Source of the DNA: Bispira polyomma
Taxonomy: Eukaryota
Length of the DNA: 64,000 bases
Assembly: GCA_965649765.1 (NCBI GenBank)
Contig: OZ287757.1
Location: 15,872,001 to 15,936,000, forward strand
Direction of reading: 5' to 3'
Position numbers and translations under genes: made by a program. The first letter of the stretch is position 1. Each line of letters opens with the position of its first letter. Under the pieces are notes generated by a model. The model was not told the origin of the DNA, searched no databases, and was given only the letters and a program-made list of their open reading frames with translations. Positions 26,041-39,440 of the stretch are shown here, one piece after another.

Positions 26041-29000
26041 GTTTTGACTGCAGTAAAAAAAGGTAGGGGTTAGATTTGATAATGTGAGAACTGCTAATCA
26101 ATCTAAATAGTGATCAAGTTTGAACATTCATCTAGAGCAGCATCAATAGGATTCTAATCAGTTCTGTGGGTATTAACGTAATTTAAAACTAGATACATTA
26201 TTTACGTTGTTTAAAAAAATGTCCCTCTAAAATGTCCCCTGTTTTAACAATTTACTGTCAAATATCAGGCAATCCTTTATGTGTTCAGATTTTTGAGACA
26301 TATGGGTTCCAGTGATTACAACTGATAAATGCCAAATCACCACATTGATCAATCTCTGTTTTAATCTCTTCACATGGGAGATGTCAGGTTTTGTTTTGTT
26401 CTTACCATCAATGTATTTTATCAACAAACGCTTACAGCGCCAAACATTGTTTTTTTTTTAAATTATTTACAGAGATGATAAAACTAGAACTGTGCTGTGA
26501 TACATTGTAAATGCAAAAAGTGCCAGTATTTTAATTTATTAAATGCAACAATATAATTGTTTCTTTACCTTCCGATTTAATTTTGAAGAAACTACTTCTC
26601 CATGACTTCATGTTTCTAATCAAGCACCTTTATCTGTTTTACCAGATTGTATTTATTATTCCACATGAGTTTTGCATTGAAATCTCCCTTTATTAGTATT
26701 GGGTTCAATTCTGTAGTAAACCAGCAGTGTACCAGGTATCTGGTCACTATTTACACTCACTCTGACACTTCCTGCAACAGCTTTGCTTGCCCAAGATAAA
26801 GCATTTGATAGCTGTGGCACTTTGCTGGTAGATGAAATCTCTGCTGGCAAAGTGACACTGAAAAATGATACATCCCAGAAAAAACAGGAAATTGGGTAAT
26901 TTTGGACCCATCTGGTTGATCCTATTTTTACAGTAGGGTTTTAGAGATAGCCCCTAATTTTATTTGCAAAACCACGTGTGAAAATAACAACCTGTCCACC
27001 CTTATCGTTGTACAGAGCCTGCATTAAGAGTTGTTCTTCAAGTATTTGTGTTATAACAGGTGTCATTAATAAGACAATCTGTACAGATAGACTAGGGGTG
27101 GGGTGTCTATGGGTGAAGAGATATCTGGAGGTTAAAATAACTGTCAGGTCTTGTGACAAATCCATTACACACCCTAATGAGATGACACAGTATGTATAAC
27201 AGAAGGAAGTAAACAAACGGAAGTGCCCCCTATCTAACGTCACTGCTAGCCTTAAGACAATCTGGGAATATATATTATTCAATTTCAAACTGCCAAACTT
27301 TATTACTAGGTGAGATTCAAGACATTTGTCAGATTCATTCGGCAATTGAGTGACTTTTGCTCTCAAAATTCCATTTCCAATTGAAAATAGGTAATTGTAT
27401 AAACTTGGTCTAAACAAATTTCCTGTCCAATTTAAATTGGCTTTCAGAGATTTTTTTAAAAATTTTAATCTAACTCAAGAAAAATTAGGATGACATTCAA
27501 AGTTTAATAATCCAAGATTATTTAGGAAATTGTATGAACTTTCTCTAAAAATGTCCCCCCCCCCCTCCTCTTCCAATTTAAAACAGGTTGCCAGGGATTT
27601 TATTGGACAATTGAGCATGACAAGGAGAGCAGATATACAAAACTAAGCGTCTGCAAGTAAAGAGTTTCTGCTGTTCAGGCTATTATATTTGTTGTCTGTT
27701 CAATTGATATAGTTACAAAAATTATTATGATAAAGCTTATCGATTTGTTTTCAGTTAGATTGTTACCTGAAATGGGATTTAATAAGTCCCTGCAATACAT
27801 GAGACTCTTTATGTGTCAAATAAATTACCTTACCAAATAAATGTTCAAATATGTCTCACTAAATATTCTTTTTTATTTTTAAATTGTAGTTAAGCACATT
27901 TTTTTCTCTAACAAACAGATAAAAAATTGGGATATCCCACGTGCAGAAAAAAAAGAGGGTTTAGTAATCCCCCAGAGCCAAGAGGAAAACCAATCTATTG
28001 CACACAAATTGACTCGGCAGGGGGCGTGGGAGGGCATGTCAACGTTACAGGGGGACAGGCTAAGAGAAATGGCTTTAATGCCTTCTCCTATTATATTGAT
28101 TTCATTTCAAACTTTCAAAAGGGGGGGGGTTTTAAAGCCACAGTGGCCCAAGTCATTGAAAAGGCTAGGAATGTATTATGTTCGGGGTGATTGTGATTTA
28201 TATTGATTGTAAATAATGGGTATGTTGGATATAAATGTTTATATATTTGATTCAAGACCTCAGTGGGTGATGTATGTTAGTTCTTACAATCTTTTCAAAT
28301 GGCCTGCCTTTAATGAAATGACAAACAAATGAGTAAAATCTTGTCTTACTACTCCATTAAAAATCCATATTCATTTATATTTACTACCCCGACTGACATC
28401 ACTGCCAAATTAAGGAAGAATTAAAAATGTCAGGTTGCTTCCATATATGTCACACTTATTTATTCTGTCTTGTCTGCAAAGTTTCAAAAACAAATGTCTG
28501 GTTTCTAAAAGTTGGAAAGCATTTTTAATCAGACCAAGCCAATAATGCTATACTTGTACTCTGAAGGAAGTACATATGAAAATTTTCTATGATGCCATAC
28601 GTGACCATACAAGTACAAGGGATATTTCACCTAATTACATCTCCAAATGAACAGAACATACCATTTTGTGAACACAATGTTCTTGAGAAAGCGTCTAAAT
28701 GATCAGGATTTGAAAGTTTGAACTTGTTGTGTCAGAACAAATTGTCTTCTGATATCAGCAACATCCTTGTACCAGCCAATGTGTGAAAAACTCATTGAAT
28801 CTTTACATGTAAGGCAAAACGGTAACTCAATGTATTCCTACCCATCCTCATGTAGTGTCTTGTGACTGAAACCAATGTGTAGAATCTATCTGTGAAATAA
28901 CTGTTGAATGAAGGTTTTGCCACACGGCCTTCACTGGCTGGTGATGTTTGGGCTTTCCCAATTCCCCATGTCTGTGTAGTGGTCAGTTGGGCAGTAGCTG

Positions 29001-30409
29001 TACCCACCCAGCCACAGCAACAGCACAGGAACTTGGTGTTAAGTAAAGTTCTTAGAATCTTCTTAGTTTTAGCCAATCAGACTATTTCCGAGAGTTTGGC
29101 CAGCCAATCAAAATTTCTTGATACAACATTTCAAGAGTAATCATTTTTATGAATACCTTCCCTAATCTTCAACCTGGTTCTTTAGTTGAACTATTCTTCT
29201 GGTGTATATCTCATGCATCAACTGCGAGAGTATGTTCTAATTAATGCTGAAATAACTACATATTGCAACATTTAGACATGCTTACTCATTATTTCAATGT
29301 CAAATATCCAAATACCATATTCGAAATGACAGTGACATTAAATTGTATCAAGGACTTGTTAGAAAAGATTGATCATGGAAAATATTCAGTGCAATTATAT
29401 ATTGTCTGCATTACCTATTATTACAATGCTGTCAATCACAACTCACATCTGTCATTGGTGACCTGTTTCTTAACTAGAAAAGTGTCAAAAAACTATTATA
29501 TCACCTGAATTTAAAACTTAAAGTCTGTATGTTATATGAACGTCTGCATCTAAATTGGTTGAGATGAACATTACCAAGTCAATCTAATTAATGAGTTCTT
29601 CACAATATTATAAGAAAGCACTTTTTCTCTTTTGTTAAGATCAAACCTCCTAACTCATCTTCCATACAAAAGCTTTACACTACAAACACCACACCCCTGA
29701 ATCCTAATTTCCTCTCTCTACTTCTGTTGTTCCAGGTTATAAATAGGACTGGGGGTTGAGCCTGGCTGTTGAAGCAGTTCTTCAAGAAAACCTCAAATTA
29801 TTGGTTATGTCAAGATGGCATTGGGAGTGTGACAGGCTGGACACAATGTGAGAGGAAAAACCCTTCCTCATTACAAATAGACCACCTGTCAGACACGTTA
29901 CCAGGAGAGTGGCAGTATTAGCCAAAGCTCTCTGATTCTCATCCAAAACCAGAGAAACTTTCTGTGAAGCTCCTCATCAGAGAAATAATCTAATGGCTTT
30001 TTCTTGATCATGAAATAATTGTTATTTCTAACAGAAAGGTTTTTTTATCCCCTCCGTTAACACTTGGCGGTACGGTAGACTGTCACTTGTTTTACTGCCT
30101 GTTAAATCGGCTGTTCCATCTAGGCGACATACACCATCTGAAACTTTTCAAGATAAGTTTTACAGATCAAAGTCAAGTTACGGTATCTTCTGCTACCGCC
30201 TACCATACCATTGATAATATGCATATCCAAACCGTCATAGTGTGAACGCCACATAAGCTTTCACTGCCATGCTTGAAATATATCTCACCTCCCGAGACAC
30301 ACATTAGGTAAACATGAGTTTAAAGATGTTTTTTGATAATATCACGAGTTTAACCATCAGTTCACGTTATAGACTTTCTGTTAAGATAGCACTAGGAACT
30401 GTATATGCT

Positions 30410-30590
30410 TCAAGCTTAAAGTAGAACTTAACTACTATCCATGTGGAAATCCTTGTATATGGAACTAACCTATAGGTGTCATATTAATTGAGCTTTCAGC
30501 ACTAAATTCAATTATCCAATCAGATTTTACTTTTAATATATAAATTTTAGTGATGAGTTTAAGTCTGAGTTTAAAACTTTTATTGGAAAC
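30410..30590. mobile_element. Family E copy
   Basis: Reverse core at about 30450-30512. Confidence 0.5.
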
Positions 30591-30854
30591 TTGTCACTAT
30601 TAATTATAGTAATATGAGATATTTTCAGAATTATCCCAATACAATATGTTCAAATTTATAGTGTAATTAAAATATGGTGTATCATATAAATTTTTTATTT
30701 TCTGATATCATTAATTTCACTGAAATTTTTACTAAAAACATTTTTTGACTTTTAAAATTTATTAGAGAAAATTTGTAAAATAAGTTCAACTGATATATTT
30801 CATTTATATATAACGGTCTGGTGGGTGACCACTAGCATAGAGGACTTGGGTTTA

Positions 30855-31050
30855 ATCGCAGCCAGGCTCGGCAGTGTAGATGTAACACTCTCACCTCTAC
30901 TCCCACATCTGCTTTCAGAGTTTGATTCTCGGCCACGGCATGTATGTAGAAAACTTGGCAGTAGACATGTTGAAGGCTGATGGTTTGCGCTACAGAAAAT
31001 CTTAACCAACTACCATGCTGTTGAAGGCTAGGCTAAACTAAAAGTAAATA
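30855..31050 (+). mobile_element. Older family-A-related SINE, internally deleted
   Basis: tRNA-like head plus GGCAGTAGACATGTTGAAGGCTGATGGTTTGC body. Confidence 0.6.
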
Positions 31051-31187
31051 AAAAAACCAGTGGCAGGCTCAAGTGCTCATCCTTCGACTTTTGTCTTAGA
31101 TGAAAATGTTGGCTTGTCTTAAGAGAGTGGAAAATTCTGACCTAAAAATGTACAATACAATAACATGAGCAATATCAGATTGTTATC

Positions 31188-31400
31188 TCCCGTGTCCTAG
31201 TTGTTGGGTAGTTGGTCTGGTGATCAGAAGGTCCCTGGTTCGACTACGACTGATGTTGCGATATGTTTATTTGTGGAATAACATCCTTATGCAAGATGTG
31301 AATGTGCCATTACCTAGTGATGACGACCCAGACTATGTTATAGGACACGTGATTGGGTGATTGATTCAGTTATACTTTAGAAGATGTCTCTCATCAATAC
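31188..31400 (+). mobile_element. SINE family D
   Basis: GGTGATCAGAAGGTCCCTGGTTCGACT head; TTTAGAAGATG tail. Confidence 0.6.
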
Positions 31401-31420
31401 ACCGTGTTAAAATATATGAA

Positions 31421-31665
31421 TTTTTTTAATTGGGACATTTTAACGTCCACTCTAGTACCTTTTTTAGGTTATATTGGGACGGGTAGTTGGAAACGCTGGA
31501 GGAAGCATTGCATACAGTTGATCAATGTTCTGCACTGAAACCAGCGGCCCACAGTAAGGAACTACGACCTTTCCCACATAGGCATTGACAGGAGTCGAAC
31601 TCACGCCAGCCGATCCCAGAGGTGAGAGACCAGTGCTTGCTAACCACTAGGACACCGCAGCCCCC
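31421..31665 (-). mobile_element. SINE family A copy
   Basis: Highly similar to 36669-36930; 14-bp TSD TTAAAATATATGAA (31407-31420 / 31666-31679). Confidence 0.9.
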
Positions 31666-33994
31666 TTAAAATATATGAAAGACATTACAATAACATAACT
31701 GCAGTGATGTAGCCATAAACATTTTGAAACACATTTAGAGACAACTTTAAACACCATATGTGACTTCGTTATGCAACAACATCAGTTCCTTTTTATTAAT
31801 TATCTGTATCATGAACCTTTGATTCGGCAAAAAGAGGCAATCTGAGGGTGTAAATTAAAACTAAACAATTAATCACAAATTAATGACAGTTGATAATCAG
31901 ATGTGTATCTGTGTCCTAAAAGCCTTTGTCTATAAACTCTGACATTACATGTGTTTTTACCGTTGATGTTATTCATTAAACCTCGCTAGCTAGCCTCCCC
32001 CCAAAATATACTTACATTCTGTAAAAGCACTATAAGCGATATCATAAAGAGACCTAATTGCCTTTTTGGCATTAATTAGATGCTTCTCACTTAGATTCAT
32101 AGCCCCGTTTGACCTTTTGTGGGGGTATAGATAAAAAACAGAGTTAAATGTCTGGTGAAAATAATGAAGTTAACACAATGTTGTGAATATATTCTGGTGT
32201 AGTAAAAGGAAGGCAGAACGGTCTTGAAGAACTGAAGTGTTGCCTGCCTATAATTATCACCAATGAAATCAAGTTAATCATATCTTTTGAGCCACTCTTG
32301 TAAATTACCCGCCATTCCAACATGTGTTTTGCCTCGGGCTGGGGTGAAATTTGTCATATATTTCAAGTTCCTTTCCCCCCATCAAGTCCCCCTAAGTCCC
32401 CCCTACACTTCTAACAAACCGTATTCTAATATGTGAAATTAATAAAACTCGGGTGATGGAGGGTTCAGTGATGTCACATTTCACCCAGCGTGGGGGTTTT
32501 GTAATCAAAATTATATAGCATTTGATTTGAAATGAATCTACGGGAATCTCTGCGCAGAGGTGGAGTTTTTCTTTACCCTTGATATTACTGGGGGCTAAGG
32601 TCCCTTGTTTTACAGGGGTGTAGAAAATAGGGGAACCCAGTAGGGGTAAAGACTTTTATAGTCTGCTTTCTATGGGCCCCGCCACTAGCCAACAGCCACC
32701 TGCAATCCCCCACAATTCGACAATTCCTTCCCTACCTAGCTGCGCTGTTTGTGTTTACACTGTCATACGGACAAATGGCCAAAGATCGCAACAGCACAAT
32801 GGCGCGAAACGACCAAACGACATTTAGCTTCTCTCCGCCGAGAAGCGCGGCAAAAAACAAACTGTGGCAGACGACAATTGACATGGTGCTCTGTGTGAGT
32901 GGAGTAGGGATCCCGTGGTGGATGCCTTCTGTTGTCTGGTGGACGATATAAGAGATTGGGGTCATGATAAAATACACCAAATCAACAGGATTAGGTCAAA
33001 AATCAGCCGTGTGCTTAGTGGGGTGTGGATTGCTATATAGATTTAGTAATCATATTATAAAGGTTATGTAAACGTCCACAGGTTGTGATGTATAGAAACA
33101 AATTTGGCAAGATTTTTGGTGAGCAAATTAAAACATAATAGAGCAGTGACAGTGTTCATGACTGTTTGACTGCCGATTTTCCAATACTTAAAAGTAATTT
33201 CGGATAAACCAGTCTAATCAGATAACAAAAAGTAATTAAGTAACAGATTTTAATAGACTATTAATACTGCTACTTCTTCCAGATAACATGTATATGTTAT
33301 GTACATAATTATATTGTAAGACGGATATGCATTTTACTGTATTATATGTCTACAATAATCTTAAACAAAATAAAATTAATATCTTAACATATTAACTCTC
33401 TCTTACTTTTTAATTCCGCCATTTTTAGTCACGTGATATTCTTATTTCAGAAATTCTAGAGACATATATTAATTACTTCCATTGTTTTTCCAGTAATATC
33501 CAGTCGAACAGTAATTGATTATTTTATTGTTTATTTTTACTAATACTATTTAAAATATGAGAATTACTTATTGCCAGTTAAACAATAGATATTAAGTCGT
33601 CCACAAGGGAGGATATTATTTGTAGTCTAAAAAGAATAGTTATCTGCAAAGATTTTTTTTTATTCTTTTTATCAAGTTTACTTTTATCTTAACAAAGCAA
33701 GGCATTAAAATTTCTGGCTAAGTGACTTATTTGGTTGAAACCTTAACATTTTAAATGTGGTACCCTAATCTTAAGATGCACAAAGTAAAACCCTTTTAAA
33801 AAGTAAAATAACAATCTATGGTAGAAACATGTATATAAATAAGCAGAAACTTCTAATAACTATGTTTTAACTACTTTTACTTGGTATTTATTCTCACTCT
33901 ATCTTTTATATAAGTTATATTCACACTTCACTATTACAGTACTGGAAACAACACAAGACAAAACAAATATTAAAATAATTAATCTCAATACTTT

Positions 33995-34170
33995 GCGCCC
34001 CGCCCAGGTAGCACATTTGCGAAAGTTGGCAGTAGCTTGGTGAAATCAGAGGGTTTGTAGTGCAGAAACCCTCTACCAACTGCCAGCTACTGCTTTCCCT
34101 CCAGCAATGGAACTGGTCGGCGTGATGTAATACTCACATGTTGATAGCAACATTAAACTGAAACTAAACC
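33995..34170 (+). mobile_element. Older family-A-related SINE fragment
   Basis: AAAGTTGGCAGTAGCTTGG..GTGCAGAAACCCTCTACCAACT..GTTGATAGCAACATTAAA. Confidence 0.6.
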
Positions 34171-34614
34171 TAGTGTAACAATTTGTTAATAAATCACAGG
34201 TTTATTGTCAGAACTTGAAGAATCCCTTGTTTTCATTCAAACAATATAGAGACCGGTTATGTAATACAGTCAAGCCTGCTCGTGAGACCACCTCCACAGA
34301 GAGACAACCTCTGCATAAAAGCCACACTTTTAGTTCACAAGACTAACGTTTATTAATGTCTAACCTCTATATAAAGAGCCCCTGTCAATAAAGATCAATT
34401 TTGAGGGTTCCCTTGGGTGGTCTTTATATACAAGTTCCACGGTACCTGTGTATATCTCTTGATTTCTTATGAACTACACTGTTCCCTATTTGATAGGCTA
34501 ATCCCCAGAGGAAAAGCCTTAACATCTGTCTGAACTATTCACTTATTAACCACCCCATAAATCACACTCACCAAATTAATCTCTACATGTTGCAAAACAG
34601 ACGGTCTATATAGG

Positions 34615-34845
34615 AACCCTGGGCGTACAGTCTTCAAATATACCAAGTTCACATCAGACTCAAGCTATCCATATCTTTGATTATAGGGAAGATACATAGA
34701 AACTGACTGCATATTTAAATTCAGCACTGATAGTTTTTCTAAAATGAATGGTTACAACTACAGGTAATTTCTATATATTTATTTTCAACATATCCTTCAA
34801 TTGAGCCGAGTTTGAGTTAGATCAACTTACTGAATTCTTCATAAA
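34615..34845. mobile_element. Family E copy
   Basis: Core at about 34703-34775. Confidence 0.55.
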
Positions 34846-35374
34846 GTTGTAATGGTGGCTACCTGAACCAATTTACAATGTTTTTTGTAATAAAGAAACA
34901 CACTAGTGTTTAGGAACGAACTTTGACAGAAACAACTTCTGAGCGTCTGTCTAACAACCTTAAACACAACATTCACATTTTAAATGCAACAATTGTCATA
35001 TATATCAAATCTGTGTTGGCCTGGTGTGCTTTAATACTTTAACCCTATGGTCTGAACTTTGAAATACATCATAATTCTGTAATATTTGATTTTGATTGAT
35101 TTGTAATAATAATGTGTATTAAAATCCAAAATACAATCAAATATCTATCACCTGGCTTTAGCACCTGAAGCCAAATCAGTTAAAACAGCAGTATGTTGGT
35201 TGTATATCTTGCTGACCAAATCGTTTGATACTATTTCTTATTTTATGTTTTAACCAATTTTGGACAGGTTTGCAACCCTAATACATCACACGACCAATAT
35301 AGTAATGTTGAGTGGTGTTATATATATTTTACACAAAATGGACTTGGCCTTGTTGGATGGTCATCAACTTGACA

Positions 35375-36305
35375 CTATGCCTTTTTGATCTACCAGTACC
35401 TTTTCCATCTATCAGTGTACAATGGTCTGTGTCTTATATGCTATGCATTGTTTGATCTTCTAGTAACTTTTCCATCTATCAGTGTACAATGGTCTATGTC
35501 TTATATCCTATGACTTTTTCATGTACTAGTAGCTTTTACATACCAGTGTGCAATGGTCTATTTCTTATATGCTAAGCCTGTTTGATGTGCTAGTACCTTT
35601 TACATACCAGTGTGCAATGGTCTATTTCTTATATTTAAATATGAATTTGGATATTTAACGTCCAGCCTAGTACCTTTTAGTAAGTTATATTGGGACGGGT
35701 AATTGGAAATGCTGGTGGAAACACTGCATACAGTTGATCAAGGTTCTGCACTGAAACCAGCGGCCCACAGTAATGAACTACTACCTTTCCCACATAGGCA
35801 TCAACGGGATTCAAACTCACGCCACCCAGAGGTGAGAGACCAGTGATTGTGAAGCGCAATGCTTGCTAACTACTAGGTCACCGCGTCCCCTGTACAATGG
35901 TCCATGTCTTATATTCTATGCCTGTTTGATTTACTAGTACACTTTACATACCAGTGTACACTGGTCTGTGTCTTATATTATATGCCTTTTTGATCTACTG
36001 GTAGCTTTTCCATACCAGTGTTCAATGGTCTGTGTCTTATATTGTATGTCTATTTGATCTACTGGTACATTTTACATACCAGTGTTCAGGGTATGTGTCT
36101 TTTATGCGGTTTCTTTTTGATCTACTGGTACTTTTTATATATATCAGTGTACAGTGCACTATGTCTTATCTGCTATGCCTTTTTGATCTATTAGTACCTT
36201 TTACATACCAGTGTGCAATGATCTGTGTCTTATATGCTATGCTTTTTTTATCTATTAGTACCCGTTACATACCTGTTACATACCATTACAGTTCAATGGT
36301 CTATG
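35375..36305. repeat. 64-bp minisatellite, about 10-11 units, split by a SINE
   Basis: CAGTG anchors at 35413, 35480, 35544, 35608, then 35952, 36016, 36080, 36145, 36209. Confidence 0.92.
35635..35890 (-). mobile_element. SINE family A copy inserted in a 64-bp minisatellite
   Basis: Full-length match to 36669-36930; the flanks duplicate about 24 bp of the array unit imperfectly. Confidence 0.9.
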
Positions 36306-36344
36306 TATTTTTCTATAACCATTGGTCAGTAGTGTAAAAAGGTC

Positions 36345-36540
36345 TTTTGTTTCAGTTTAGTTCGGGTTTAACACATTTGTCTCATATCACAAGGAACTTG
36401 GAGCATAGCTGTAGGTCGAGGTCTTCTGCAACTTTCCCACATACATGCCAGGGTGGAGATTCAAACCCACAATGTCAGAGGTCAGGAAATTTGTTTAGTA
36501 ATCAGAAGGTCTTTGATTCAACCGATGCTTTACTGGAGAT
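36345..36540 (-). mobile_element. Degenerate SINE (tRNA head, family-A-related)
   Basis: Reverse B box GGAGATTCAAACCC and CTTTCCCACATA shared with family A. Confidence 0.5.
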
Positions 36541-36668
36541 ATAAACATTCTTGCACACAAGCTACGCCAAGTTGTATGATGATCACTTTCAAAGTGTCTT
36601 ACAAAGACCTTAGATAATGAAATATAATTTTGAAGTTATATCTATGCTTTAACATTGAAAAACATGGT

Positions 36669-36930
36669 TGAATTTGAATTTGAATTTGGATATTTAACGT
36701 CCACTCTAGTACCTTTTAGTAGGTTATATTGGGACAGGTAGTTTGAAACGCTGGAGGAAACACTGCATACAGTCGGTCAAGGATCTGCAGAGAAACCAGC
36801 GGTCCACAGTAAGGAACTACCACCTTTCCCACATAGGCATCGACGGGATTCGAACTCACACCGCCCAGAGGTGAGAGACCAGTGATTGTGAAGCGCAATG
36901 CTTGCTAACCACTAGGCCACCGCGGCCCCC
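36669..36930 (-). mobile_element. Full-length young tRNA-derived SINE (family A)
   Basis: Pol III A box TGGCCTAGTGG, B box GAGTTCGAATCC, (TTCAAA)3 tail; perfect 14-bp TSD TTGAAAAACATGGT (36655-36668 / 36931-36944). Confidence 0.92.
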
Positions 36931-37259
36931 TTGAAAAACATGGTATGTGTCCTATGTTCTTTTACAGCACAAAACAAAATTTGATATATCTGTATCAAAT
37001 AGTTAAGGATCTGCTTTGCAAAGACTTTGAGCATTGTTTGATATAAAATTAAGTTACCATATAAATGGTAATATAAAATTAATATCTATGTGTTTTGGGG
37101 AGCTACCAAGTGCTAAAGTAACAGCATACCATTGTATCCGGGCATATGTCATTGGTGTTGGCGTTTTAGGTAAACAAGTCAGAATGCTAAAAATTGTATC
37201 GGACAAGTTTATTTGTATGGTCCAATGTGAGCACAAATAAAAAGGAAATAATATCAATA

Positions 37260-38766
37260 TATCATTCAATAAATATTTTTATTTACAATTTTTACATTAT
37301 ATGTACTTTTGATTTTCATTTGTATAACAAACATATAAAACACATAATGTTAAAAACAACAAAAACAATGTTTAAATGCTGAGACTAAGTCCAATTAAGC
37401 TTGATTTGACTTAGTGTGGGACTTTGAATCATATTAATTAACACTTATACATGCAACTCAGACCCCAATTATCACTGGGTAACCCTTTTTATGACTGTCC
37501 TGCCTTTCCCATAAAAAACATACATAGACCACAATAAAACTAATATTCAATTAAACTTTATATAAGCACTGATTACTTTACTATGACTTTTGAACACATT
37601 TGTGTTGTTTTATCAGCATCTTAGGGCAGGTATGCTGGACTCAGTATCCCTCAACTAGTTCACCTGTTTCACAGTGTTTTTGCGGAAACAACCAGTGCAC
37701 AAAAGGTGATTGTTTTACTTGACATATATTATGTTTTAGTTTGGTCTTTTCAAAATACCAGATCAAACACTGAAGCATTTCGTCCATTGAACAAGTTATG
37801 TTCTGAATTCAATCTCACCAAAAATATATGGTAAGATCTGTAGTTTGTAGATAGCTTATTATTTTCACATACATCAGATACTCTTACCTATAATCTCCAA
37901 CCTCTCACTTAGGTTTAACACATATATACTATGTATAGAATGTTGAAATCACTGGAAATACTTAAAACAAATCAAAAGGCACTGAAATGGTTGCAATGGA
38001 CATAATAATGGACTTCTCATAAAAACTAATATAGCATTGTCTGCATGAAGATATTCTAATTAGGCAAGGTACATCAAAATTTTAAAAAGTAAGACAATGC
38101 TGTACTAAAACTGTCGTTAATTTAAGCTCTAACTTGTGGCTAACTACTTTTCAAAGGTTTAGGGAATTGATGAGTTACATATAACCTGGTTACAACATCA
38201 ACCAGTAACAACAAGCAGTTAATATCACTTATTAGATATGTGTACTGCACTTGGAGATTTCTACATGTTGTTCATTGAATCCCTTCCCAGATACAAAACA
38301 TCTGACTAGTAGGTGGTTACATAAACCAGTACTTTAGCAATAACACATGATACTTTTTTAGAAACAACAACATATATATAAATGAAGACACAAGTACTTT
38401 TCATAATTGAACGGCGACATGTACATTTTTGTGTGGTATTTTTGATAATACATGTTTACAATATCAAACAGCAAGGCAGTGACGTCAGCTATGGGTTGTT
38501 GTACTCTCCAACAAACGTACTAAGATAATTACAAAGGTTACTGTATTATTAAAATTATTATTAAAAGCCCTTTGTTGTGCTTGAAATTAACGGATACCAG
38601 CTGACGTGTTTTACACAAATATCTACCCAAGCACTGTATTCATACATAGAGTCAGCAATTGACGCAATGCCTTTTCAAAAGCAAATATGATTCCATGGAC
38701 GTTTGTAAAAGTGGGCATCTTATTTTGGTCAACGAAGGATCTAACATAAATAAGAAAGACTATATA
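37260..38766 (-). other. Probable Zic 3'UTR with polyadenylation signal
   Basis: Stretch free of recognisable repeats after the stop. AATAAA on the minus strand at 37283-37278 is followed by a U-rich tract; SINEs resume just beyond it. Confidence 0.5.
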
Positions 38767-39440
38767 TCAGTGTAATAACGGCGCATGCGCAGTAGTGTGT
38801 GAGAGAGGATGCTGCCCTAGACTGGGGAGGTGGTAACTTCCGGTGTGGGTCATTGACCCAAGACCAGCCTGTCCATTTTGACACACATACCAATCCCTTA
38901 AATTGGAGGCGCTAGTAGCAGATTGATGGTGTTGTCCCAAACCAGTGCTGTAACCATGACCAACGGACGGCATACTGCCCAGAGTGGCGTGCGCATGCAT
39001 ATGCGCGTGAGGATGCGCATGCGCATATGCGGAGGACGTGTGTGACGTGCTATTGGGGCTGCTCATCTCACTGGGGCTGGACGCCGAATCAGAAGCCGCT
39101 CTACCAGAAATGGACTCAGTTCTTTGCCGCTCTACGGCGGAAGTTGTCTCTTGACTTCCGCCTCCCGACGAAGACGTGTTTGTTGTTGATTCTTTTTTGA
39201 TAGAGTTTGGAGAGGATGCCTCATCCCCTGCCGATTTGGTTGTGGTAGAGGCGGCCGAGGCCTCGTGCATTTTCATGTGTTTTCTTAGTGATGAGGGATG
39301 AGTGTATGTCTTGTCACAGCCCTCCACTTTACAGGTATAGGGCTTATCTGTGGTGTGGACAAACATGTGCTTCTTTCTGTCTGAACTGTTAGCAAACCGT
39401 CTGTCACAGCCTGGGTACTCACACTTAAAGGGTTTCTCTC
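38767..39440 (-). CDS. Zic: Zic coding exon 2 (ZF4, ZF5, Ser/Thr-rich region, His/Ala repeat, NLRDWYV C-terminal motif)
   Basis: Acceptor TGTGTTGTAG|GA completes [59 protein letters not shown] in frame with exon 1. SNLRDWYV matches the Zic C-terminal NFNEWYV-type motif. Stop TGA at 38769-38767. Joined protein 499 aa. Confidence 0.96.

Noticed and set aside
28790-29510. Cluster of short ORFs with two CCAAT boxes
   Set aside because: No recognisable domain or splice structure; probably a decayed repeat.
35677-36898. Two near-identical 60-aa ORFs (MRFTITGLSPLGG..)
   Set aside because: Chance frames in SINE family A copies.
36840-36930. tRNA gene
   Set aside because: A/B boxes are present, but there is no cloverleaf or T-run terminator; it continues into a SINE body with a TSD. 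The same applies to the other tRNA-like heads.
37976-38481. miR-124 (37976-37982) and miR-34 (38475-38481) 7-mer seed matches in the 3'UTR
   Set aside because: A couple of such hits are expected by chance in 1.5 kb; not supportable without conservation data.
38480-38610. 3'UTR hairpin (ACGTCAGCT/AGCTGACGT plus ACAAAGG/CCTTTGT)
   Set aside because: Short discontinuous stems; needs folding and covariation analysis.
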